From the human T2T-CHM13v2.0 reference genome, Homo sapiens, in NCBI RefSeq assembly GCF_009914755.1, contig NC_060934.1: 64,000 nucleotides of DNA; one strand, given 5' to 3'. Below are positions 14,373-24,939 of this stretch, in pieces; position 1 is the stretch's first letter; each line of letters starts with the position of its first letter. The position numbers and the translations under genes were made by a program. The notes below the pieces were generated by a model. It had not been told where the DNA came from. It made no database searches and saw only the letters and a list, made by a program, of their open reading frames with translations.

Positions 14373-15088
14373 GTTGTTTTTAAATGTATATATCCTTTGA
14401 CTTAACAATTACTTCCAGATAAAACAAAAACAAGTACACAGATACATACATCTATGTAAGGCTGTTCACTGTAGTATTCTTTATAATACTGACACTTGGA
14501 AATACCTAAATGTTTATAAATATGGAATTGGTTAAAAAAATTACAATGACGTAGTATATGAGAATAAAAAGATATACATGGCTCATTGTAAAACAGAAAT
14601 ATATAATCCAATTTATGTGCAACATTAAACAGTGTATTTTGACAGAAATGATTTTAAGACTTTAAATACTAAGAGCAGTTTCTCTTGGAGTGTGGGGAAG
14701 GAACCCCACATTCAATGTATACGTTGACTGTAAGCCTAATTTCAGAAACACTGAGAAATAAATATGCATAATAGTACTAAGGAAATAGGCATTTCTATAT
14801 TTCTTTGATACTGGGAACATGTTTAGAATGAGGAAGGATGTTCACCCAAACACTGACATTGTTTTGCCTGATTTATAGTGTTTCATATGATTTTTATATA
14901 CTTCATTAAAATTATCTCTAGTTTGAAATTTTATTTTATAATGAGTAAATACCATTTTAAGAATCCAAAAAATGAATAAGGACATTTTGCGTTAAAAAAA
15001 TGCATGGCACTTCCAGGCACACCACTTCTCTGTAGGTGAAAAGCTTGATTTATAGTATAATAGAAAGTTAAAAAAAAAAAAATTAGCA

Positions 15089-15385
15089 GGCCAGGAGCAG
15101 TGGCTCACGCCTGTAATCTCAGCACTTTGGGAGGCCGAGGTGGGCAGATCACTTGAGGCCAGGAGTTCGAGACCAGCCTGGCCAACATGGTGAAACTACA
15201 ACTCTACTAAAAATACAAAAATTAGCTGGGTGTGGTGGTAAGCACCTGTAGTCCCAGCTACTCAGAAGGCTGAGGCAGGAGAATCACTTGAACCCGGGAG
15301 GCGGGGGTTGCAGTGAGCCAAGATCACACCACTGCACTCCAGCGTGGGCCACAGAGCGAGACTCCATCTCAAAAAAAAAAAAAAA
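15089..15385 (+). mobile_element. Alu (AluS)
   Basis: Full dimer; flanking aaaaattagca on both sides (TSD). Confidence 0.92.
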
Positions 15386-16610
15386 ATTAGCACATGAACA
15401 TTTGTCCTAGAGAATGCGAGGTCATTCTGGTCTTGACTGTAGCCTTCCAATATTCTAGGTCTAAGCTCGAGTTGCTACCAAGTGTTCTGTGCACTCTGGG
15501 CACTGTCACCAACCCCCGGACTTCCCAGGTTTGTGACCTCTCCCAGCAGACCCTGTGCCTTGGTGCCCAGAGGTCTGGCTGCTGGAATGCCCCTGAATGG
15601 AGGCACCCTTGCAGTGCTGCACAATGTCCTCAGCAGCTACACAGTACCGCCTGGGCCGCTGGCCTTTTGTTTCAGCTGCGGGATGAGTCAGTGCGAGCAG
15701 GAAGCACCCCCAGCACAGGCCTGCGGTGAGTCAGGGGAAGCAGAACCCAGAACAGCAGGGAGCGGCCACCTGGCAGATGGCCCAAAAGCCATATTGTGCC
15801 TGAGGACAGCAAGGAGAGGGGCAGTTCTCCACAAGAATTAAAGTTGCAAAAGCCTCTCTACTCTCAATAATTTCAGCAGTCAGATGCTTTTTATTTTCCC
15901 AAAGCCCACAGATGTTTCATGCTCCTCAGACACTCACTCAGAGGGAAATGCTTACTGGAGAAGAGGCAATCATAGTGCCTTAATCTTTTTATAATGGGAA
16001 AAGAGGTTAAGTGAAGCTCCTTTAGACACAGGCTTAATATCTAGCCTGGTTCTAGGGCCAGGATTTTAAAGTCCTCAAACAGTCTCATTTATTTGATCTG
16101 AAAAACAGAAAACTAAAAATCAAATGCAGTTAATTTTTTTTTTTTTGGTGGGTGGGGGATGGAAGAAAGGAGGAGGAGAGAAAAATCAAACTGAGTTATA
16201 TGGAGACCACAGAACACACTGGAGTCAGTAAACAGAATGGACCCACAAATCTCCATCAGTGGAATCTTGAGTAAGTTACTAAGCCTTAGTTTTCTCATCT
16301 ACAAAATGGAAATAATACCTGTACTTTCTATTTCAAAAGACTAGAGGGAGAATAATATGAAATTATGCATATAAAAGTGCTTTACAAACTGAAAGACGCT
16401 ATTATTTCGTTGTTGGCATTTGGAGAGGAAGCACTGTACTATATACCACAGTGTACTGCCCATAGCTGGATACACTGTAGGAACTTAGTAAATATTTGTT
16501 GAGTTGTCTGGAGAAAAAAAGGACCAATATCTTTGGTAAAATAAAGCAGAGAAGAGATTCAGTATGGGAATTTCTGACAGGATGATCCTTTTCAGAATCA
16601 AAAAAAAAAA

Positions 16611-16801
16611 ATATATATATATATGTATATATATGTATATATGTATATATGTATATATATGTATATATGTATATATATGTGTATATATGTATATATGTAT
16701 ATATGTATATATATGTGTATATATGTATATATGTATATATATGTATATATATGTATATATGTATATATATGTGTGTGTATATATGTATATATGTATATAT
16801 G
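16611..16801. repeat. (TATATG)n-type microsatellite, ~190 bp
   Basis: Directly visible; it causes the spurious Y/I/M/C-rich ORFs. Confidence 0.97.
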
Positions 16802-17773
16802 CTGAGAAAAAGCAGAAAAAATAAGCTTTTATTTTTCACATGTTATTTTATTAAAAGCACAAGATAATACTCTTCAGGAAAATGAATACATGTAAAGAAA
16901 TGCAATAATATTGTATCTACAAATTATCAATCATGCAGGGACTGCCAATGAAACGCTCTTGGTCACAAAGTTCAACTGCCTTCTATCTTTCCTCAAGAAG
17001 AGTAAGAATACAAATCCAAGGCACAGCACAAAAAGTGACAATGTCAATTTCAGCAAAGGTTTGGAATTTAAAGTTAAGTTTCCCACAAAATATCTAGCTT
17101 GGGCTCTTGATTATAGAGAAGCTTGGAGTTGTACAAGGCAATGTATTAAATGCTTAAAAATCAACTCAATGAAAAAAGAAAGACCTATTACACTAAAATC
17201 ACATTTGAGCAATTCTCTGGTGTCCAAAATATAGAAACCCTTTATTAAGCTTCCATCATGAGGGAAAATAAACTTTCTGATAATGGGTATTTACCCCTTT
17301 GGGTATCAAAAGGCTTTTTGTTAACTGTTCTGGATATAAATATTTTAAAATTATTTTTCACATCTTCCTGTGTTGTTAAAGAATCTACTTTAACATTAAT
17401 CTGGTCTTCGCTTTTTAAAGTGATCCACATAACCACATATTACCACGCTTTGCTATTTACAGATATACCCTTTGGCATCAGGTGCCCCCCTGCCCGTCCA
17501 TCGATGCTCATAGGGGGCTGTATTTTAATTCTTCCACTTCTTAGCACCTCAGCAGCTGTCACTTCACTGAATTCATCAGTATCATTCCTACCCGTTGCCT
17601 CATTTTATTCTTAGCCCGTGTCTGGGGCTATAAGGGGCACCCCATAGAGAAAGTACATGCCCTTAGTGAGGGTCCCCAGCTACTCTAAATGGCTGGGGCT
17701 GCTGAAATCCAACTTTCAGCCCAGAAGGGTCAGCCTTCTACATCAACTTCATTTCAGACACAATTGTTCTTAC

Positions 17774-17869
17774 CTCCATAACTGTAGAAAGCATCTCTTT
17801 CTCTCACTCCAATGACAGTTCCCAAGACATCTACCTGTTTTATTGGATGTCCATTGTACAAAAATACAC
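17774..17869 (-). CDS. STN1: STN1 exon 3 (OB-fold, codons 45-77)
   Basis: ttttag|GT GTA TTT TTG TAC... gives [31 protein letters not shown]; donor G|gtaag; 96 nt. Confidence 0.97.
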
Positions 17870-18792
17870 CTAAAATTTAAAAAAAGCAAAGTCGACATAA
17901 TGTATGATTACATTTTCTGCTTCAATAAATCTTAACTTGTAGGGGGGAAGGGAGTGTAAAAAAATCAATCCATGCTGTTTGCTGAAATTCTAGACTTAAG
18001 AATCAGTCCTTGACAAATGACAACGCCCCAAGAAATTCCAATGTCTTTTCCTCACAGGTCCTAAGTAGAAAGCTTGGCATTAAAGCTTGCACTAGACGGG
18101 AGAAAACCAACGCTGTCCAACTAGATTTGGTTAATGCACCCTGTTCTGAATGCTCACAAGGGGCCTGAAAACAGTCATTATACTGGGGGACCAAACACAG
18201 GACTATATTTGAAGCAACTAGAAGGAAAGAGAGAGGAAACCATGAGAAAGGCTTCTTTGGCTTTTTTTTTTTTTTCAAACAAGTGCTTTTCTAAGAAACC
18301 AGTCATGATTTCTTTGAACTGGCAATAGCATTTTTTTAAAAAAAAAACAGTAAGTAGGTTACAAAACGCTACCCTTTGGGGCCAGGTTACAACCCCAAAA
18401 CTTCTCTTTTTAAAACTCTGTTTTCAAAACCTAGGCTACAGATGGTGGCAGGCAACTTCCTGCCAGAGGAGAAAGCTGAGAGGGGGAACCTACCCACTGA
18501 TACCCAGAGGCTTTTTTCTGACTTGGGGCCAGGACACAGAGGGGCTGCTCAGAGCAGGGAGTCCCTGATGGTCCCAGGGCTGTCCTGGCTCCTGCAGGGC
18601 TTCCCTTCTGCCTGTCCCCCAGTAACCTAACCCGAGCTCCCCACTTCACCTTAAGCTACACGCACTGTGTTCCTGTCACCTGCAGCTAAAGAGTCCTGCC
18701 CAATCTCTTTTCCAGCCTCTTCCCCCCGCCCCCATGAAGGCTAAATTCTTTACTTTCAGAAACAGGTTATAAACTTTCATATGGTGATTTCC

Positions 18793-18917
18793 TTTTTCTT
18801 TTTTTTAAATTAGACATGGGCATCTCACTTTGTTGCCCAGGCTGGTCTTGAACTCCCGGCCTCAAGCGATCCTCCCACCTTGGTGTCTCAAAGTGCTGGG
18901 AGCCACCACACCCAGTC
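18793..18917 (-). mobile_element. Alu monomer fragment
   Basis: tgttgcccaggctggtcttgaactcc...caaagtgctggg. Confidence 0.8.
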
Positions 18918-19437
18918 AAGTCCTTTTTAAAATAAATATACGAATTCTAAATTAAGAAACAATGATCACCTCAGGCATTTGGCCATTCTTCCCCTCACAT
19001 CAAGCATAGTCACAGCCTCTATTCTGTCCATTCATGGGGGGACCTGTGGCCTGAATCCCGACGCCCCTTATAACCCCCAGACTGGCCTCTGCTGATGGCT
19101 CTGTTTCCCTTGTAGACAAAGGGACTGAGAAAGAGTCCAAAGAATGAACAAGGAGCTTCTAAGCCTCAGTTACAGAGAGACACCAAGGGAGTGAGACGTG
19201 GTTTTAAGAAATAAGAGGTGGCAAATTTAGCCAAAAGCAAGACCCTCTCCCTCCACAGAGGCACGCTTCAAGAGATAACCTGGTGGTTGGAGACTGTCCT
19301 CAGGACCACCTTGCAGGCATGAGCTGAAGATGGCAGGAACAAGGAGGGAAGGAGCCTGGGTCACTGTGTCACCCCCAAAAAGAGAGTCACCTCCATCCAG
19401 GAAAACTTGGATTGAATGGAGACAAAGTGGTTCCAGT

Positions 19438-19582
19438 CTCAACTCCTGGTCTCAAGCAGAAGCCCAACTAATTTTTAAAATTTTTTATAGAGATGGGGTC
19501 TCTCTCTGTCGCCCATGCTGGCCTCAAACTCTTGGCCTCCCAAAGCACTAGAATTATAGGTGTGAGCCACTGCACCCAGGCC
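19438..19582 (-). mobile_element. Partial Alu (AluJ-like, internally deleted)
   Basis: ctaatttttaaaattttttatagagatggggtct...ggcctcccaaagc...gtgagccactgcaccc. Confidence 0.75.
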
Positions 19583-20229
19583 ATAAAATTTTAAGATGTA
19601 GCCAGTTCCAACTGGCTTCTCCCAAGTTCTCACAATTGAAACTTAGTCTTTTCCATAACACCATTGATGAGATCTTCAGTCCCCTGCCCCTGCCTGCCTG
19701 CACTGACCAAACGCAAAAGGATAGGGAGCCTGCAGAGAAGGGAGATCCCTGTGTCCTGTGTAGTCAAGGGCAGGCTTCCTTATGGCAGAAGCAAACTTTA
19801 AACTAGGAAAATGAGCCTCACCCAGGGATGCCCTCTACTGCCGTACACCCCACCACTCAGCCTTGGAGTGCCTGTGTGCAGAGCAGGGCTGAGGCATGGT
19901 GCTGCTTTGGTGGTCTAGGTTTGCTGCAGGGCCAGGTGGCCTGAGCTCCAGGCAGGATCTCTGGCTGCACTCAGCCCTTTCTGCCTCCCCAAATGCTCTA
20001 TATCACTATTTGTACACTGAGCAGAGTAAAGTTAGAGAGAACTGTTTTATAGAATAGGGCTGGCCCCCGCTCCCCTGGCCTACGTGATGGTCCTTCCTGG
20101 CTGCCAGGTACTTGTTTGTATTAGAGACAGACACTCCACAGGGTCTGTTGTGGCCCACAGCACATAGGCAATCAGAGGCAGAAAGCAGAGCTGTTTGGAC
20201 CCACAGAGGGCCGGCTGTCTGCCACTGAA

Positions 20230-21200
20230 ATGTCTTTCCAGTTGGTTGAGAAGCAGCAGGATGCTCTGCTGGTGATGTCTGAAAGTCCCAGGATTCTTTG
20301 GGTCTCCAAGGAGATCCTAGCATATACCACTGTCGTGGTTTTAATAAAGAGCAAAAACACTTTCAGATGGGGAGAAGAGTGGAACAAAAGGTATTCTTCC
20401 TGGGTTGAAGTCTGGGGGAAAGGCATTGAGAAGACTGGGCTAATGGCACAAACCAATGAAGTACTCAAGTCACCTGTGATGGAGGCCAGTCATCCAATGG
20501 TATCAACTTTGTATGTGGCAACACTTAATAAAAATCTGAACAGGTCTTCACTTGTGGACACAGTAGACTTTCTTGAAAAAGGACAGAAAAGTGAGCCCTG
20601 TGAATTTTCATCTCACGGACTGACAACAATGACTTGCCTTTAAGGACAGTCACTCAAGATGAAGATGCAACAAAACCCTTCCAGTTCCAAGTGGCTGATG
20701 AAAAAAAAAAAATCTTAAAAGCATCACAGAACAACGGAGAAAGAGATCAGAAGACTATAACAGATAGTTTGAATTTTAAAACTCAGAGAAAAGCAACTGA
20801 GGAGGAAATACACTGCTTAGAAAGAAGAAACTTCTCCAAGTATATAGAAACGTGAACTATACGTATCAGATGCACAGCATCTACAAAAAGATGGCTGAAG
20901 ACATGGAAAAAAGAATTAGAGAGCCATTTTCTTGTATCAAAGTGATCTTCTATAAGAAGAGAGCTCAGGAAAGTTGGATGGCTGCTCTGTCAACTGAGAG
21001 AAAGCTTAATGAACTAAGAAAAGAAAATGGTAACAAATACTAGATAACAGAGCTCATGTTCCAGCCTTTCCCAAGGCCCTTGTGTTCCTGCTGTTCCACA
21101 TGCAGCCCACAGAGGCCTAAAAGCATCAGAGGACCCCCTGGATCATCAGGCCCCCAAGAAGGAGGAGGGTCAAGCTATAAGGGTTCAGGGATCTAGGGTC
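20230..21200 (+). pseudogene. Decayed intronless cTAGE/MIA2-family retrocopy, antisense in STN1 intron 2
   Basis: Three tiled ORFs (20230-20643, 20634-20855, 20852-21043) are collinear with recalled cTAGE5 segments: KNLNRSSLVDTVDFLEK ~ EKLNRSNSELEDEILCLEK; LKASQNNGERDQ ~ LNASLKTLEGERNQ; RKATEEEIHCLE ~ RKLTVEENYRLE; YKKRAQESWMAALSTERKLNELRKEN ~ [26 protein letters not shown]. Frameshifts and stops separate them. Confidence 0.78.
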
Positions 21201-21588
21201 ACAGGCAGGTTGACTCGGATTTCAAGCAGCCAACCCTGAACATCCACAACCACAGCAAGACATTTGACTGTTTTCTCTTTTTAAAAGTACTTTTGATTGC
21301 TCTCTTTTTAGTTTAACTGCTGTTATTTAATCGATGCTATGTTATTTATGTTTGACAGCATTAAAACACCTAAGATAATCTTTTTCAACCAGATTTAATA
21401 TAATTCTTATGAATATATTATTTCCACTTCATTGTACCCACTAGAATAATAGGATAAGTATTATATGCTGATTTAAATAAAAGAGTCACTATTATTTAAC
21501 CCATCATTAAAGTTTGACATGGATAGAGATATTTAAAACAATAAATACGACTTCTGTATGTTATGAGCTATTATTAAAAATACACATA

Positions 21589-21605
<17 letters not shown>

Positions 21606-21622
<17 letters not shown>

Positions 21623-21887
21623 TTTTTGAGACAGGGTCTTGCTCTGTTGTCCAGACTGGAAGGCAGTGGTACAATCACAGCTTACTGCAGCCTTGACCTT
21701 CCAGGCTAAAGTGATTCTCCCACCTCAGCCTCCTGACTAACTGGGACCATAGGTACTGCTTTTTAAAACTCAGACACGGGGTCTCACTTTGTTGCCCAGG
21801 CTGGTCTTGAACTCTGGGCTCAAGTGATCCTCCCGCCTTGGCCTCCCAAAGTGCTGGGATTACAGGCATGAGCCACTGTACCTGGGA
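21606..21887 (-). mobile_element. Alu (AluJ-like) with adjacent (TA)n
   Basis: Long poly-T plus dimer; (TA)n at 21587-21605. Confidence 0.9.
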
Positions 21888-21989
21888 TACTTTTTTTTTA
21901 ATGCAAAAAAAACCCAAAAACAAAACAAAACAAAAAGAACCCACACAAATCTAAATACCACCACAATCAAATTTCACAGTATTTTTCTT

Positions 21990-22792
21990 AGTTCAACTCT
22001 AAATTCAAATTTTGAGGAGCTGACGTTTTGCAATCATTTTGCAATGCAATTCTGATGCTAACTACTCAAAGATAGGTTAAATTTCACAGGTGAAGGGCAC
22101 AGTCCCCAACAATACTGCCCTCATTTGAGTCATGAGTCCCAAGTTTTGTGAGAGTCCTCAGGCCAACTGCACTTCTGACCAACTGGTTATAAATTTGGGG
22201 GTCCCCAACACTCCCTCAGGTTTGATAATTTGCTAGAATGACTCACAGGACTCAGGAAGGTGCTATACTTATGATTATAGTTTTATCCATGAAGGATCCA
22301 AATCAGGGCCAGCCAAATGAAGAGATGCTAGGGCAGGGTCTGGGAGGGCACAAACACAAAGCTTCTGTGTCCTTGACACCTTGCCCCCTGACACACCAAC
22401 ACATGATTATCAACTAGGGAAGCTCATCTGACCCTCAGTGTCCAGAGTTTTTACTGAGGTCTCATAAGGTAGGCACAATTAACTGAATGATTGGCCACAT
22501 AACTGAACTCAATCTCCAGCCCCACTCCCTTCCCAAAGGGTCAGACTGATATGATCTGGCTCAAAACCCCCAACTCTCTAATTGAACAGTTGGTCTTTTA
22601 GGCATAGACAGCCCCACCCCAAACTATCTAGGGATCCAGCATGAACCACCTGATTCGCATAAATTCAAGTGTGGTTCGAGAGGGCACCATGAATAATGAT
22701 GACGCTCCTATCACTCAGGAAACTATAATAATTTAGATGTTACCCTGCAGGAACCAAGGGCAAAGGTCAGTGAAATTCTTTATCACACAACA
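21990..22792. mobile_element. MER21-family LTR
   Basis: acttctgaccaactggttataaatttggggg...ctcaggtttgataatttgctagaatgactcacag...ctcaggaa, matching the recalled MER21 consensus. Confidence 0.7.
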
Positions 22793-22989
22793 CATTCATT
22801 TCATATTTTATCATTTTTGGGGTTTGTCTTTGTTATTTTGTTTAAGATATTCTTTGCTGTTTAAACAATCCTAAATTTTATGTAGTCAAAAGTTTTGCCT
22901 TTATAGTAAATGGAACCAAACACAACAACAAAACAAAAACCTAGGAGTGGAATTCCCCACCCCCCAGAACACTATGGTATAGTCTAAAG

Positions 22990-23319
22990 CAGTGGTCCCC
23001 AACCTTTTTGACACCGGTTTTGTAGAAGACAATTTTTCCGGGGATGGGGGTTGGGGGAACGGTTTGGGGATGAAACTGTTCCACCTCAGATCATGAGGCA
23101 TTAGATTATCCTAAGGAGTGTGCAACTAGATCCCTCACACGTGCAGTTCACAATAAGGTTTGCGCTCCTAAAAGAATGTAATGCCGCTGCTGATGTGACA
23201 GGATGTGGGGCTCAGGCAGTAATGCTCACTGGCCAACCACTCACTTCCTGCTGTGTGGCCCAGTTCCTAATGGCCATGTACCAGTAGTGGTCTGTGGTCC
23301 CAGGGGTTGGGGGCCCCAG
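22990..23319 (+). mobile_element. MER1B hAT-Charlie DNA transposon
   Basis: TIRs cagtggtccccaacc / ggttgggggccccag; 8-bp TSD gtctaaag (22982-22989) / gtctaaaa (23320-23327). Confidence 0.85.
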
Positions 23320-24696
23320 GTCTAAAAGTATCCAATCTGTCAGCTGATGTCTGCTTTAACCGTGAGGTTTCATTTTTAAAACACCTTGGAAACATTCTCA
23401 CCAGTGATAAATCAAAGATCACCGGTCCTGTTTTTGTTGGTTTGTTTTTAACACATCATAAAGTCTTTTGCCTACAGGTAGAGTTAAGCCCCTGTCATGT
23501 CCTTGGTACCTGTTTTCTCACCTGCAGAAGATCATTAAGCAAGGCTAGAATTTGGTGTGAATTAATTTCTTCCTGAAGAGATGAGCTATGAAGAAAACCA
23601 GACTGGAAAATGGAAAACTGTGGAGGAGGTTGGCTGCCTTCCAAGGGAAAACACAGACCATTTCCAACAATAATTAGGAAATAAAGGTGTGGCGAAAAAT
23701 CTGTACAAAAGGCATTAGCATAAGGTCATCCAAATATATTTGTACATTTAACTGGAAACAAACAAAACCTTATCTCATTAAAACTGTGGATGCTTGAGAT
23801 TCTTGACTACTTCTAACTCATAGTTTGTTATTCAGAAGGACCTTGACTGGAAAGCTTCACTCAAAATAGCAAAGAAAGTTTAACCAAACTTCTCAAATAG
23901 CACAGTAAACATGTGGCTATTTGTGAATTATTACACAGCTAAGTGAATTATTTAAATCCACCCCAAACTATACTTGTTATATTTTTAGGTAAGATAAGCC
24001 TATCTCTAGTAGCCACTATTCTAATACAAAAAAAAAAAAAAGAAAATTTAAACTTTACATGTATAATGCCTTGTTGCTTCAACTGCTATTTCTATTTGAG
24101 GGCCCACTATATGCCAGGCACTGTTCTAAGCCCTGGGATTACAAAGGTGAACAAGACAGATGATGTTCTTCCTCTCAGGGAGTTTATAATATTTTGATTC
24201 TGCTTAATTCAAAAGAAAACAAACCCCCTTTACATATCAGGAATCAAAAGATTCCATTACACAGGGTTAAGCTCCATTTTTACAAAGAAACCCAGACTTT
24301 GCAGAAGGTGAGTCACATGCCCGGACCAGGTAAGTGGCACATTTAGGAAAGGAGCCAGGCCTAGGAATATCTGGCCCAGCGATCTCTCCAACAGGAGCAG
24401 GGCCAAAGAAAAACAAATGAGCATTTTTAAGCATGAAAGACCCTAAATGGAGGTAAAAACCCCAGTACAAAAGTTACTCCCCCAAACACCTACTAAAAAA
24501 AAAAAAAAAAAAAAAAGATTTAGACTGTTTTTTTTACCTTGCAAATAAATGAACTCATGCGAAGGTCCAGGCTAGGTCCCTTTCAAAGCCTGCAGCAGGG
24601 AAGGCTCTCCTAAAAGCCTCTAATCCCAGCTTTCTGAGACTTTGGGAAAGGGTGGCAGATGCAGCCCAGGGCATCCCAGGGTGGCTAGCCACATAC

Positions 24697-24829
24697 CTGG
24701 CACCTGGCGGGACTCCTTCATGTCCAGGATATCCCTGATGTAGAGTTTTGCAAAGGCTAGAAACACAGGATCCAAACCCCACAAGAGGGAAGGGGTCTCC
24801 TCTTCACACCGGCTGGATCCAGGCTGCAT
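24697..24829 (-). CDS. STN1: STN1 exon 2 coding part (codons 1-45)
   Basis: Translates [44 protein letters not shown](G), the human STN1 N-terminus. ATG at 24829, donor G|gtatgt at 24697/24696; 133 nt, phase 1. Confidence 0.98.
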
Positions 24830-24891
24830 CAAGAGGCAGGGCTGTGGCTTCCAGCTAACTCTGAAAGGTTCTGCATCACTGAGTCAAGCAT
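24830..24891 (-). other. STN1: STN1 exon 2 5'UTR part
   Basis: Pyrimidine tract and acceptor tttctgtgtcccatctag| lie 62 nt upstream of the ATG. Confidence 0.8.
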
Positions 24892-24939
24892 CTAGATGGG
24901 ACACAGAAATGAGGATGCAATGCGTTTAACGTGGGTCAA

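Noticed and set aside
16402-16867. Y/I/H/M-rich ORFs
   Set aside because: These are translations of the (TATATG)n microsatellite.
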